Origin: Nageia nagi
Taxonomy: Eukaryota > Plantae > Pinophyta
Length of the DNA: 64,000 nt
Assembly: GCA_050084985.1 (NCBI GenBank)
Contig: JBITNC010000001.1
Coordinates: forward strand, 116,312,001 to 116,376,000
Direction of reading: 5' to 3'
This document shows positions 25,794-36,700 of this stretch, in pieces (positions within the stretch are counted from its first letter, which is position 1; every line of letters starts with the position of its first letter). The notes beneath the pieces were generated by a model. It saw only the letters and a program-made list of their open reading frames with translations. It was not told the origin of the DNA and did not search any database. Position numbers and translations under genes: made by a program.

Positions 25794-27224
25794 CTGTGTT
25801 TGAAGATTCCTTGCCCTACCATGTAAACATTCACCTGTTGTTCAAAAATTGATAACTAGAGTTTTTTCAGGGATAATCCTAGCCTTTTCTTGAGAAATGT
25901 TTTACAGATCCAAAGTGTCATGCAAAGAATGACCAACCTGCAAATGATTTTTGGTTTATTGGAGGTCATGAACCCGAAGGTTGAGTTCCTTTGCATGGCA
26001 AATCCTTTCCTTTTCAAATTTTGCCTGCATTGCCATCTCAACAATTGGAGGGACCTTCTTTCCTTTCACAACTTTTACCCGAGAGTTTTGTTCTTCAACT
26101 TGTTTTTGAAAGGACTGCAATTGAGGAGCTGTTTCCTGTTTGAGGTGTTCCTATTGGGTGAGGATCTTAAATTGCTTGTTTTCGATTTCAGAAACCACAT
26201 CTTGTAGAGACTTCAATTTTATAGAAGCCTTTGGAAGTATATCTTTCAACAATGAACAGAAAATTGTTCTGAATAGTTATGTCCCATAATCAAATGTCTA
26301 GGTGGGAAAAATAAACCATTTAAGATGTTAAAATTTCATATAGCAAACAAATATTGGCAAAAGAGAAATTACTTTTCATAGACTTTGTTTGGTAGAACAT
26401 TTGTTTTACTATAGCACAAGCTCTTTGAACTCCATGCAGTGTTTCAACCTACCCTTAACAGTCAAAGTTCATATCTACATAACTTACAAAGAAAAACAAA
26501 GTTTTCAGATGAAATGTTAGAATTAATAAAACATGGGTTGAAGAAATGTGAAAGGAGTAAGGAGATCATAATCATGAGTACCATTACGAAACCAGCAATT
26601 CATTAAAGAATACTTGAAGTTTTTGAGCAAGTTTTATCCAGTAGTCGAAGTAAACAACTTCCTATAAAGAAGAAGGCGCAAAATCTCTACATGTGTTGCA
26701 GACTATTCAAAATAATACAGCAATATGATGAGGTAGCACGCAGACTGCAATTACCACCTCAAGTAAGTATGCACCCATAATCTTGTGTCAGTTTCCTAAT
26801 GAAAGTGTTATATTAATTCTATTTATTTCCATGTACTCACTTGAATGAAATCTGTCCACGGTAGAAGTTCATATTTTCAAATATGTGAATGTTTGGGGTA
26901 GGTATTGTTTCAATGTGGGGATTTTTTATTGCTCTAATTGACATCACTTAATTGCACAAACTTTTGATCATAATTTAAATATTATATAAATCAACTATAT
27001 TTAACTACGTATGTGCTTGTGTCACATTCCTATTTGGGAAATCATTTACATGGGAGATCTTTTTCCTTTTTGTACAATTATGGCTGCGCCTCATTGGATG
27101 TTACCATGTTTTTGCTTATTCATTTGAAAACTAACCATTTCAAAATATATGTTGAATGTTAAGTTTCATTGATGTGTCTGAATTTTAGTTTGTGTGCTAA
27201 TTAGAATCCTTGAATGCATGACAG

Positions 27225-27335
27225 ACCATTGCAGAGGCTGTAGGAGATTGGTATTTCAATCGGATGGCAAGACAGCACATAGATTGCCCCTACCCATGTG
27301 ATTCAACTTGCCATAACATTATTTTTCAAGGATAA
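27225..27335 (+). CDS. PAE: Pectin acetylesterase terminal exon: [36 protein letters not shown]
   Basis: GACAG acceptor, the PAE C-terminal motifs IAxAVGDWYF and [11 protein letters not shown], and a TAA stop at 27333-27335. Confidence 0.95.
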   Translation, partial: TIAEAVGDWYFNRMARQHIDCPYPCDSTCHNIIFQG

Positions 27336-27567
27336 AAAGCATACATCCTTTCCGAAAGCTTGAAGCAACCTTTTTACATGGATATTACTTAGACATCTCC
27401 AAGATGGATGTTGATTAAGCCTCTAAAAGATGCCGTAGACTGTTACTAAAGAAAACTCAACAAAACAAGTCCTAGAAATGTCAATCACCTTATATTAAAG
27501 TGGACATGGTTAATATTCAAGTTGTTGATCATATATTCTTTCTTACCATAATCTAATGCACTGTATA

Positions 27568-27573
27568 AATAAA
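27568..27573 (+). promoter_or_regulatory. Candidate polyadenylation signal AATAAA in the PAE 3' UTR
   Basis: AATAAA about 230 bp after the stop codon, followed by T-rich sequence. Weak evidence in AT-rich DNA. Confidence 0.35.
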
Positions 27574-28480
27574 ATGAAGCCTGAATCATTAACTGGTGCT
27601 TTGAAATCTAATATTTTATTTAATCATTTCCTGCTTGAGGTTCTATTTTGTTTCATCATTTAATTCTATGTAGTGCAGTTCTTTATAATGAAAACTGAAA
27701 AGATTTTCATTATAAGACAAGAAATTTAGTTCTTTTACCATCACTAAGTTTGTATTCTTGCCCAATGATGACCTAATCTTATGATTTACTTCCTTACCAA
27801 TTTTTCTAATAATGACTTTTCAGAAAGAATGTTAGCAATTCTTTATTGGACCTCATCATGGTCAAAACCAATGCATTCTAATGCAGTTTATACATTGTTG
27901 AGTTTGAGACACTAAAAACAGAAGTTCGTATAGTAAAGATAACGTTAAATGGATTAAACATCGAACTTTGGTAAGTGAAGATGATTATACCACAACTCAC
28001 TCGTTGTGGCTCTCAATAGGATAGAATTTTCATGTTAATAACAGAGATATGAAAGGAATGCACTCCAAAACATATGTAACAAGAACAAAGAGTTTAAAAA
28101 CATTTATTTTACAAATAACAATGTATTATGGTCTTATTATCTAACACAGTATGCCTTCCTAGATCATGTTAGATACTATTTTTGTATGTATGGAAGCCAA
28201 TTTGTTTGTGCCTTTGTTGGTTTTGTTGATTCTTTGTTTCAAAATTTCTTGGTTTTGTACTTTATTTTTAATTTATCAACTACATTATCTAGATTGTACA
28301 TGAAATTTAAAAACCATTTGCCAATGGTCATTTAGAATGCCTATGTATTAAAACAAGTGAGAATCAATGTTTGCATTCACATTCCCAATGTAATGAAACA
28401 ACATAGAAATTAACAAATATTTGCTATCATATTCCACATTTAGTGCATAATTAAATTGAGATATCTTAAGTCATAGCTAT

Positions 28481-28896
28481 TGTAAACACTTAAAATTGTA
28501 TTTTAACTATCTAAAATGTCTTTATTTAGATGATTTATCTAATACAAAAATATCAATTTGGATCCACTTTGAGTAAAACAAGATGAAGTGAATTTCTTTA
28601 AATTAGTATGATCTTCTATGCATATTGTTCTAAATGGGTCCACCTTGGTGAACCCAAAATAAATTTATGAAACCTAAATCACTCGTAGGTGCCCATTTCA
28701 TATATGATGTGCAAGTTTAGGAATTATCATCACCAATAATCATCAAAGAAAAGATATGCAATATAAGGTCTAGCAATTAGGAATGCAAAATTTATGGAGA
28801 TGCAAAGAAGATTTGTTTGGAGTAGATGGATTAGAGGTTTGCAAGCAAACAACTTGTGATTTTGGAAGATGATGAACATGTGTTATATTGTGTTGG
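28481..28896 (+). mobile_element. Start of the Tat/Ogre-like LTR (+, 28481-~28763) abutting an opposite-orientation piece of the same family
   Basis: 28481-28760 is similar to the reverse complement of 15350-15647, while 28765-28890 is directly similar to about 14840-14950. Confidence 0.6.
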
Positions 28897-31798
28897 TGTA
28901 ATGTTCCAAACTATAAAAATTAGAAATCACTCAAATCGCATCAAGAAAATTCAAGAAAACACCAAAATATAGATGCCAAGAAATATGAGAATTAATTTAT
29001 GATTGCTCAAATGAGGAATACAATGCTCAAAATGGCATCCAAAGGCCCTCTAGGGTTGGACGAACTCCTCTAAGGCCTCAAAATGCAGAAACAAGGACCC
29101 AAAGGGTTGAACAACTTGCTTACTAGCCAAATTTTATGCTTCTACAACCTCTACATCTCTCCCATAGTATGATGTCACACTTATGGGGTTGCAATCTCCT
29201 AGATCTGAAAGTTGAAGGTCTTCACACAAGGTAGCAAGAGCTTGATGAGGTCCATCGAGGCCCCGAAAGCTTGATGACGCTTTCGATCTAAAGAACAAGA
29301 GTGGCAAATGGCCAAATTAGGAAGTAGATCAAATGTTCAAATATGTCATTCCTCTTCTCCTTATAGCTAGATGTCACACCTAGGGGCTATACGTCACATC
29401 TTGGGATCCCAATCTTGCCTTGTGATCATGCACACTTGGACATCTCACCTTAAGATCCACGAATTAACCTTGAGATCATCATAATTACTCCTAGATGTCA
29501 TAAATGCTCCTATCCTACTCAAGGAGGGCAACGTCCCACTTTGGGGCTCACAATTTGGTCCCTTGGACCCATAATTCCTATCCTTGAGATCTAAACTAAA
29601 TAATAAATCATGCCTACTCTTTTCTAGAAGAGGGGCTTACAAATAAAAATACTCCTGAATGCTAAATTACTCATAATCATTACAAAAATACATTTGAAAT
29701 ATATTTAATCATGTAAATTCCAGTTTTGGAATATTACATCTATGTCCTCCCTAAGATTGCTTGTCCCCAAGCAATTTTTGCATACAAGGTACAACCTTTT
29801 CAAGATGCCTTCATCTTTCCAATCAAATCAACTTATAATTCTTCTACCAAATTCATTGAAGGATTAAATAGAATCATGGCCTTATATGATTGAGCCATGA
29901 TGCCACCAATCGTATGCTACTCCCTCTTAAGTGTAATATAGCAAATTGAATTGCATTTTCTTCGATCATGGGCCTAAGGGTGAATTATGTTTGCAATGTT
30001 TGCAACCATACCCTAGCTATCATCTTCTCCCCTCCATCGTACATGGGCTTCTACATTCTACTCAATCTTTGTTGTAGTTTGTTGTAGATCTCTCTTCTCC
30101 ATTTCATAGCTTCCTCATTATGGGTGTCCATCGTTGATCTTCTTCCCAACGATCCTTAGGTAGCTTTCAAAACTTACAATTACCTTGAATTCTAGATCCA
30201 CAACTTGATATTAGCAAAAAAGTTAATTCAACTCCATGGAATCCATGTAATTCGTATCTCCCCCACGCTTCTCTTATTGTTGGATGAACATGGGCTTGGA
30301 TTGCCTAGGTATGGGTGGCGGATCCACCTCTTCCAATGGAATGTTCATGAATTCGGACAATGCATATGGTGTTTGGGCTTGCGCATGTAATGAGGGACTC
30401 CTTTCTCTCCTTGGATTTGGTTGAACTCATATTTCTTCCTCATTCCTTGCATCTCTTTCTCTTGCAAAGTTGGATCTATGGAGAGATGGTGCTTCAAGTT
30501 CATGTTTATGCCTTGGATCCCTTGTAGAGTCAAATCTATGGAAAAATGGGGTCCTCTCTTCTAGATCTGGTGAGGGCTCACAAACTCCTTCCCCTAAGCG
30601 TTTGAGAAGAATTTTGGATCACTAATTATGCCAACAAGTCAATCAACAAATCGAATCTCTCCTTAGTTTCTTTTGAGTTAGGGCCAAGGGATCTTCTCCT
30701 CTTAGGAGGTGCATTTTGTCCTTCTTCATGTATCTCCTCTTCTCCCCAATGATCATTTCCTTCGTCAACGTGTCTTGTCATTTTCTTACAAACCTCTTCT
30801 CAGGATGCTTGTTGGATAGTTGACTCTAGATCAACACTCTCTCTTCTGAGGAAATATTTGTTGTTGAAATAATTATCTTCCACAAGTTGGCAATATCTTG
30901 GCTATAAATACTGTTTGTAGTGTTCCAAACTATAAAAATTAGGAATCACTCAAATTGCATCAAGAAAACTCAAGAAAAACCAAATATGGATGCCAAGAAA
31001 TATGAGAATTGATTTATGATGCTCAAATGAGGAATACAAGGCTCAAAATGGCATCTAAAGGCCCTCTAGGGCAATACAAACTCCTCTAAGGCCTAAAAAT
31101 GCATAAACAAGGGCCCAAAGGATGGAATGTTTGGCTTACTGGCTAGATCTGACATTTCCACAACCTCTACACCTCTCCTATAGACTAGTGTCACACTTCT
31201 GGGGTTGCAATCTCTTAGATCTAAAAGCTGAAGGTCTTCAAACAAAGTAGCAAGAGCTTGATGAGGCTCTAAATATGGTAGAAGCTCGATGAGGCACCAC
31301 CGAGGGTACGAAAGCTTGATGAGGCTTCCGATCCAAAGAACAAGAGTGGTAAATGGCCAAATTAGCAGCTGAATGATCAAATGTTCAAAGATGTCATTCA
31401 ACCATGCATCCTCTCCTCCTTATAGGTAAACATCACACCTAGGGGTTGAATGTCACACCTTGGGGATCCCAATCTTGCCTTGTGATCATGCACACTTGGA
31501 TTTCTCACCTTAGGATCCATGAATTAACCTTGGGATCATTGTAATTACTCCTAGATGTCATAACATGCTCCTATCCTACTCAAGGAGAGCAACGTCCAAC
31601 TTTGGGGCTCACAATTTGTTCCCTTGGACCCATAACTCCTATCTTTGAGATCTAAACTAAATAATAAATCATGCCTACTCTTTTCTAGAAGAGGGGCTTA
31701 CAAATAACAATACTCCTAAATGCCAAATTACTTCTAATTATTACAAAATACATTTGGAATATTCTTAATCATGTAAATTCCAATTTTCGAATATTACA
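28897..31798 (-). mobile_element. Non-autonomous gypsy deletion derivative: LTRs 28897-29738 and 30916-31798, ~1.2 kb internal gag remnant, TSD GTTGG
   Basis: GTTGG at 28892-28896 and 31799-31803. TGTA...TTACA termini. Gag remnant (KMIARVWLQTLQT..AYDWWHHG) joined directly to the terminal GDKQS*GG and PPT. Confidence 0.9.
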
Positions 31799-34700
31799 GT
31801 TGGACTCAACTTTTGAGATTGGTTTTGGGTCAATTTGGACCGAATACCAAATTGCTTACATTCTTAGATGAATATAAGGTCCAAAATGCCCATATATTAC
31901 GCCTCAAAGTACTTCTCCATGTAAATCGCTTACATTCTTAGATGATGTGAGTTCAGCTACAAGAGATCAACAAAATGGACTCCAATCACATAAATGTATT
32001 ACAATGGAAGAAACCTGCAAACAATTCTCTTGTCATTCTTGAATTTACAATGATCTACAAAGAGAATACAATCCAGGTTCATATAGAAACTTGCTCAAAT
32101 TAGAAACTTGCTAAAAATAGAAACTTGCTAAAAATAGAAAGGAGTTGAATTATGCCACCAAAATTGGCATGCACATTCCCCTTACAATAATTAACCTTAA
32201 TATAAAATATCTCAACTTAACTGACTGTAAAACAAAAGATATTAAAGTTTGAACATGCAAAAAAGCCTAAAAAAATGGAGAACTGAAACTAAATGCAAAC
32301 TTTGGGATACTAGATGGCGGAGTTAGGTCCTGAAAACATAATTTTTGGAGGGTTTGGTGTAACAAAGTTAAGCCAAATGCAGAACATGCACATGGAGCCA
32401 TGTTTTAAATTTCAAGGCAAACGGATATCATGGTCAAAAGTTATGGTCCCAACAAGGTGCATCATTCTCCTCTAGTGAAAAAGAACTTAGCTCCTACGAG
32501 TTCAACTGACTTGAATTCCTACAGCTTCTAGTTATCAATTTTTTGTAGCTTTGACTCTGAAACTCAAGTGTTATCTGATTGTGGTATTCCTTCCCACTGA
32601 ATTAGGTATTGTTTGTAGCTCCCATGTTTGGTGGTGATCACCTTCTTATCAAGCACTTGTGCAGCATTATCTTTTTTCTTCTTAGGCATCTGTTGTGCCT
32701 AATTTAGTATCTCTGATAATTCACCATCCTTAGTAGACAAAGATACTGAAACAAATCAGAAACATTAAAAATAAGTGAAATATCAAACTCATCGGGCACC
32801 TCTACTATATAAGCAATATCATTGATCTTCTTCAAAATCTTGTAGGGCCCGATTTTCTGAAGTTTCAATTTGTTATATGTCCCTTTAGGAAACCTTTCTT
32901 TTCAAAGATGAACCGTGACCATATCACCCTCTTCAAATACTTTTGCCATTTTGTGTGCATCAACAACTATTTTGTAGTGAGCATTACCACTATGTAATTT
33001 TTCTTTCACTGATTCTTGCACTTTCTGGATATGCTCAACAAATGCTTCTGCATCATCACTAACTTGTTCCCCCATTCGTAACTCAACTAGATCTAAGACA
33101 CCTCTAGGATTTTTTCCATAAACAATTAGAAAAGGAGATTTACCTGTTGATTGATTCACTAAGCTGTTATATACAAATTCAGCTTGTGGCAATGTTAAAT
33201 CCCATTGTTTGGGTGTTTCTCCAACGATGCACCATAAGAGGTTTCCCAAGCTTCGGTTTACTACATTTATTTGCCCATCGATCTATGGGTGGTAAGCACT
33301 ATTGAACTATAGTGTCGTATTTAACTTCTTCCATAACGTCCTCCAAAAGTGACCTAAGAACTTAGTATCTCGATTGGAAGTAATAGTTTTTGGAATACCA
33401 TGCAATTGCACAACCTCATCAAAGAACAAGATTGCAATCCTAGTGGCATCATTAGTTTTCTGGCAAGTAATAAAATGTGCCATCTTAGAAAATCTATCTA
33501 CCACAACAAAAATTGGATCCTTACCCCATTGGGTCTTGGGCAACCCCAACACAAAATCCACACTTAGATCGATCCATGGGCCTATAGGAACCAGGAGTGG
33601 CATATACAACCTTGTATTTTGTGCATGGCCTTTAGCCGTTTGGCATACTCTGCATCTAGAGACAAACCTGATTATATCCCTCTTCATCTTTGGCCAGTAA
33701 TACTTCTTTACAAGAGCCATAGTTTTGGCTATGCCAAAATGACCAGCTAGACCCCCACTATGTAATTTCCTTAAGATGTTCTCTCTCATAGAGCCATTGG
33801 GAATACATAATTGATTACCCTTAATAAAGTAACCATTTTGAAAAAATTCTCTTCGAAAATTAGATGGGACTCACCTTCTACTGCACTTGTATACTATTTC
33901 AAAATGCTCTTAAAATCAACATCAAATTCATACATAGCTTTAATCCCCTCAAATCTTACCATTGCATTCTCCATAGTGGTCAGCAATAAGACTCTCCTAT
34001 TCAATGCATCAGCAACATTATTCTGTTTACTAGATTTGTGTTGCAAGACATATGTATATTGTTGCAAAAATGAAACCCACTTGGCATGCCTACTGTTTAA
34101 CTTTTTCTGAGAGTTGACATACCCTAATGCTTTATGATCAGCAAACAACACAAACTCCTTCGAGATTAAGTAGTGCCTCCAATGTTGCAAGGCTTGCACA
34201 ATTGCATAAAACTCCACATCATATGTAGAATAATTCTTCTTAGCATCATTCAGCTTCTCATTGAAAAATGCTACAAGTCGACCTTACTGACTCAATACAC
34301 CACTAATTCCAAGAAATGATGCATCACAATCAACCTCAAAGACCTTAGTGAAATATGGCGACACTAGAATAGGAGCTTCTAACACCTTCAATATTTCAAA
34401 ACTCTCAGTTGCAACCTTAGTCCATACAAAATTCTTTCCCTTTGTCCACTTAGTTATAGGGGCAGCTATACTATTGAAGTTCTTGATGAACTTTACGTAA
34501 AAGGTAGTTAAGCCATGAAAGCTCCTTACTTTTGTTATAGTTCATGGAATAGGCCATTCTAGAATCGCCTTCACTTTTTCATCATCCATCCTTATGCCAT
34601 CTCTTGAGATTACAAATCCCAAGAACACTAAGCTATCCTAAAGAAATCTACATTTCTTTAAATTGACATATAGTTTCTCCTTCCTGAGCATGTCTACCAT

Positions 34701-36383
34701 CAATCTCAAGTGTAACAAATGCTCTTCACTTTTACTATAAACCAAAATACACAACCATGAACATACCATTATATTCCCATAGTACCTTGTTCATCAACTG
34801 CATAAATGTACTAGGTGCATTAGATAACCTAAATGGGATCACCATCCAGTCGTACAACCTATCTTTTGTCTTAAAAGTTATCTTTCATTCATCACCTTCT
34901 CGAATTCTGATTTGGTAGTAGCCACTTCGCAAATCAACTTTACTGAAGTATTTAGCTCCAACCAATTCATCCATCATGTCATCCACTCTTGGCATAGGGT
35001 ATCTATTGGAATGTATAATGCATTATTGTAAATGTTTGTATTAAATCTTCTATGTAAGTTCACTAATACTTAAGGGTATCATTCGATACCTTAAGTATTT
35101 AAGTGAATATGATAATGTAACTTGTCCTACACTCCATGTCATGAGCATGCCCATTGGGTAAAAAGATGTGCATGTCATGCTTTTGTACATTGGATACAAG
35201 GGTGATCCAAAGAGGAATTTTGGCCTATAAATAGAAGGCTCTCTTTTTATGATTACACACCAATTGTAAAGTAAAGTTATGCTATAGAATAGTGGTTAGG
35301 AGAAAAGATTAAGAGAATTGTAATAGAGTTGTATTTGTGATTGAAGTAAAGATCTAGTTAATGGATGTACTCCTAGTTAGAGGAACCACTTACATCTTGT
35401 ATTGTAAGATTGTTTTGTGAGTTTGTTAGATGTAATTGTGAGCTTTCATGTGATATTGATTGTTTAGAAATTATCTTGTTAGTGTTAGTTCCTTCAAATT
35501 GGTATTAGAGCTCCTTAGAAGCTCTTCTTCACATCCTTGGTGTGGAAACTCTTCTTTTTTGTGTGAAAGCTCTTCTTCAACATCTTGGTGATCTTCATTC
35601 CTCATACTACACTTCATTGTTAGAGGTAAAACTCAAGAGAAGGTATAAATTCCTTCCTTCTTGATTTTTTTTTTTATTACACTACTAACATATTATTTGG
35701 TATGTGTTAGTTATTTTTTTTTTAATAAGGTTATTATGGCTAACAAGTTATAATTTTTTGTTTTTACTAACTCCCAATGTTACTTACATTTTTTTATTTT
35801 TTTTAAATTAATAAAAGGGTTAGTATACAATTTTTTTTTGGGAAATATGTATATATGTTTCATATTGTTACTATATTATAAATTCAATTTTTTTTAGCTT
35901 AAATAGAAAAAGTATGTTATAATCAAACTTGCATTTTTTCTTGCAAGTACTTTCCTATTACACAAATTGTAGTGTAAAATATAATGAAAGTAATTTTCTT
36001 TATCTATTATTGCTTTTCCATATTTTACATTAAAAAGAGGGAGTTTATATAAAATATATATAAAGAAATACAAAAGAAGTTTTTTTTTTCAACTATTCTT
36101 CAAATTTTACAAAACATAGCTTATCAGCCAAATAAATGCATAATGTAAAGGCTAAAGCCTTGTATTTTCCAAGTAAAATCTCAACTTTGGAAGCCTACAC
36201 ACATTCTTATACATCTCAGTGAAGTTTGTGCGTAATTTTTTTTGGGCTCTAAGCCCTGCTAATTCTCCTCCACCCGGTCGACTCCTTTGGCCTCGCAACC
36301 TCCATTGCCCAGCGGCCCCCGCAACCTCCGCAACACCGTGGTCTTTGTAATCTCTGTAGCCGCTTCATGGCCTCTTGCTGCCT

Positions 36384-36700
36384 CGAGCTCCCCTTCCTCT
36401 TTGCGGCTCTGCAACTCTCTTCCCTCCTCTGTCCTCTAGCCAGGAAACCAAATAGCATGGAGTCAAGTGGTTAACATAGATCGGCTATGGTGGCTGTGAT
36501 CGGCTATGGTGGCTTTGGCTATCCTATTGCACCGAGCTCCCCTTCCTCTTCGCAGCTCTGCAACTCTCTTCCCTCCTCTATCTTCCAACAAGGAAACTAA
36601 ATAGCATGGAGTCAAGTGGTTAACAAAGATCAACTATGGTGGCTGTGATTAGCTATGGTGGCTTTGGCTATCTTGTTGCCCCTAGGTGCCCTGAGCTCCC
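36384..36700. repeat. 149-bp tandem duplication in a GC-rich part of the copia leader
   Basis: CGAGCTCCCCTTCCTCTT starts at 36384 and 36533, with a partial third start at about 36692. Confidence 0.85.

Larger units (their letters stand above)
18690..26300 (-). mobile_element. Degenerate LINE (ORF1 at about 25830-26300, APE endonuclease at about 18850-19104) split by a solo LTR
   Basis: Reads ARNLQTQ|YFDGRADPL across the insertion, then YGRFLLKIG..NG.FSFP.S..TFFPHVGSSNVIN*IL, which resembles the APE C-terminal S.IDY region. Confidence 0.7.
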
